From: Balanoglossus misakiensis
Taxonomy: Eukaryota > Animalia > Hemichordata
NCBI GenBank assembly: GCA_040954595.2
Contig: CM082586.2
Coordinates: 6,000,509-6,064,508 of the forward strand
Length of the DNA: 64,000 nt
Reading direction: 5' to 3'
Below, in pieces: positions 61,901 to 64,000 of this stretch. The position numbers and the translations under genes were made by a program. The notes below the pieces were generated by a model. The model was given only the letters and a program-made list of their open reading frames with translations. It was not told the DNA's origin and searched no databases. Position 1 is the stretch's first letter, and each line of letters starts with the position of its first letter.

Positions 61901-64000
61901 ACCATTTTATCCTTTGATCCAGTTATGGGAATTGTATACATAAGAAGGAGGTCGGATTCTAGATTATGATCTGCTTGTCTCGTATACATTACGCCGGGCC
62001 GTGGGCAGTCGATAGTGGAATCACAGATACGGCCCATAGCGAGCAAAGGCACTGGATTTTGTAACGTTTAATACTGGATACTTTAGGCCTAAAGGAGTTC
62101 CCTGTAAAAGTGTATAATTCCCGCCCTACTTTTTTGTAACCTCCCGCAAATTTAAATAGTTGGTAGCGACCACAGTCTGACAAATCTGAGTAAAGTACAG
62201 AGTACTGATTGATGCAGATGTCTTCACTCCAGGCAAAGGATTACGTTTCATGGAGAGCACTTAGGTCATCTGATTCCCACCCGCTTGTTTGGTCTCTCTA
62301 TTTCCGTAGATAAAAATCACTGAAAATTTCATTAATTATATCCCGTAGAAATGATTTTGAGAAATACCACCTACGGTATCAACACACGCCGATGAGACGA
62401 TTTCAGATCTCCCTACGCAACTCGTGTTACTCAACATATTACATATGAAAAGGACTGACCTTCGGTAACCCTGCCAGTCTGAGACAGGCTCGCCACCTAT
62501 AGATGGATTTTTTGAAACAAAAAGCTGCATCGTTAGAGCAAATTTGGACTATTTCCTTTGATTCTTTGTCGAATTTTATGTCAAGTGTAGGTATAATTGC
62601 AAAAGACGTTTGATATGATGAATATGGCAGTCCTGGCGTAGTGGTAGCAAATGTTGATCGCACATCGAGACGTTTAGGCTTCTAAGCCAGTATACAGGCA
62701 ACCTGACCTGCAGTACGACACAAGGCATGTTGACTTCTGTCCAGTTGTTTTCAAAACTCTTTCCGTCAAGTCAGGTGTTGACAGATATTGTCGTCTGATG
62801 ATTACTTAAGAGCATTGCAGTGCTTGTATCAAATATCAAATATTTGAAATCTTCCAAACTGTACATAACGTGCAGTCAAAATACAGATGGTGAGGTACTT
62901 CAAGACTGGGATGGCATGGTTTCGCAAGAATAAATTACCGCCAAACTCTCGAATAAACGATAGTGTGCTATTTAGCTGTAAATTTATGATAGTCAAGTGC
63001 ATGTGACATCAGTGTTGTGAGGTATTTAGCGCAGTTCACCCTATACCTATATATTTCTATGGGTATGCTACGTGTCTGATTTTATCACAATCGGTCTGAA
63101 TAAAATGGCTATATCACAGCTAAACAAATGGCAAAAATATACTTCAATTTCTTCCGATGCTCCCCACTCATAAAGGATTTCATGAAACTGCCCTGATTTC
63201 TGGACGAGGTTCAAGGGAAATGCAGCTTAAACCCATAATCCATGTCTTATGGGAGGTCTGGCCTCGTAGTGAAATGTCGTCTGTTCCGGTTTCTGTCACA
63301 GAGTAGTGAAACATCCTCGCCGAAATCGCCCACCAGCTTTCGTTCTCTCACCGAAGTAATATGAAATTTAAACAACTGAGAGACGCGGTGTTTCAGAACT
63401 TGCTAATGGCTTTAGTGACTCACCCATCATCACTCTCGTAAAATGCTTTTTGTTCGTAAGTACGGTTTAAAATGGCGGGGATGTGGCCATAAAAACCACA
63501 GTAAATATATTTTCTCCTTTTCACTCCCCAACGAGCCGAAGTCACGGTTGAGCCCTTTTGCAGAAAAAAAAATATTCTTCCCTCCAAATACAACAAAACA
63601 CCACGGAAGGCAAAACTTTTCACTTGAAATTGCAATAATGGTTGTATAGATTTGTAACTGTTTCATATTACATTATGCCCAAAGCCATATATTTTATTAG
63701 AGAAGTCATTGACAATACCGTACCCACTCGTTGAAGGACTTTTTAGTATTTCACTGCTCGTCTAGTCACAAATCAATGCCAAATACCTCTGAGTTCTTTA
63801 TTCATGCGGTTTTTCTTAACATACAAATATTCTCTCAGGTGCGACATTATTTGAATGCCATCTCCAAGCAAACCGACAAGGTCACGGAACGGTTCGGTTG
63901 GGTTAGAAATTCTTCGATATGGCTTTACCTGTTTGATGACAAGTCGACCTGAAAACGTACCACATGCAAGGGCGTCTCGCTAGATTATAAAAATATTTAG

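Noticed and set aside
56100-64000. Short ORFs such as 59275-59649, 60794-61150 and 61113-61523
   Set aside because: No domain signatures or exon chain; treated as non-coding or decayed repeat DNA.

Overview
Eukaryotic (metazoan) genomic DNA with spliceosomal introns. It looks like a marine invertebrate, possibly a non-vertebrate deuterostome, but the taxon cannot be determined from the sequence. Gene order: ~9 kb with no recognisable gene; two divergently oriented, 4-exon peptide-type class A GPCR paralogues; CENPO (-) head-to-head with PTRHD1 (+); a plant-type (class II, PRS3/4-like) PRPP synthetase (-) head-to-head with SRRT/ARS2 (+), which has an AT-AC U12 intron; an intronless B4GALNT-like glycosyltransferase (-); a cluster of four ParB/Srx-like-domain genes or fragments (44.7-49.5 kb); a small BTB-only gene (-); then ~8 kb with no recognisable gene. 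The ParB/Srx-like cluster is the most unusual part. Its paralogues share an exon-1 domain with a GxRR motif joined by a phase-1 intron to different tails (acidic/aromatic, transmembrane, CaaX). One copy has recently inserted inside another, and ISRE-like motifs lie upstream. Exon boundaries were read by eye from splice signals and frame continuity; no database searches were run.
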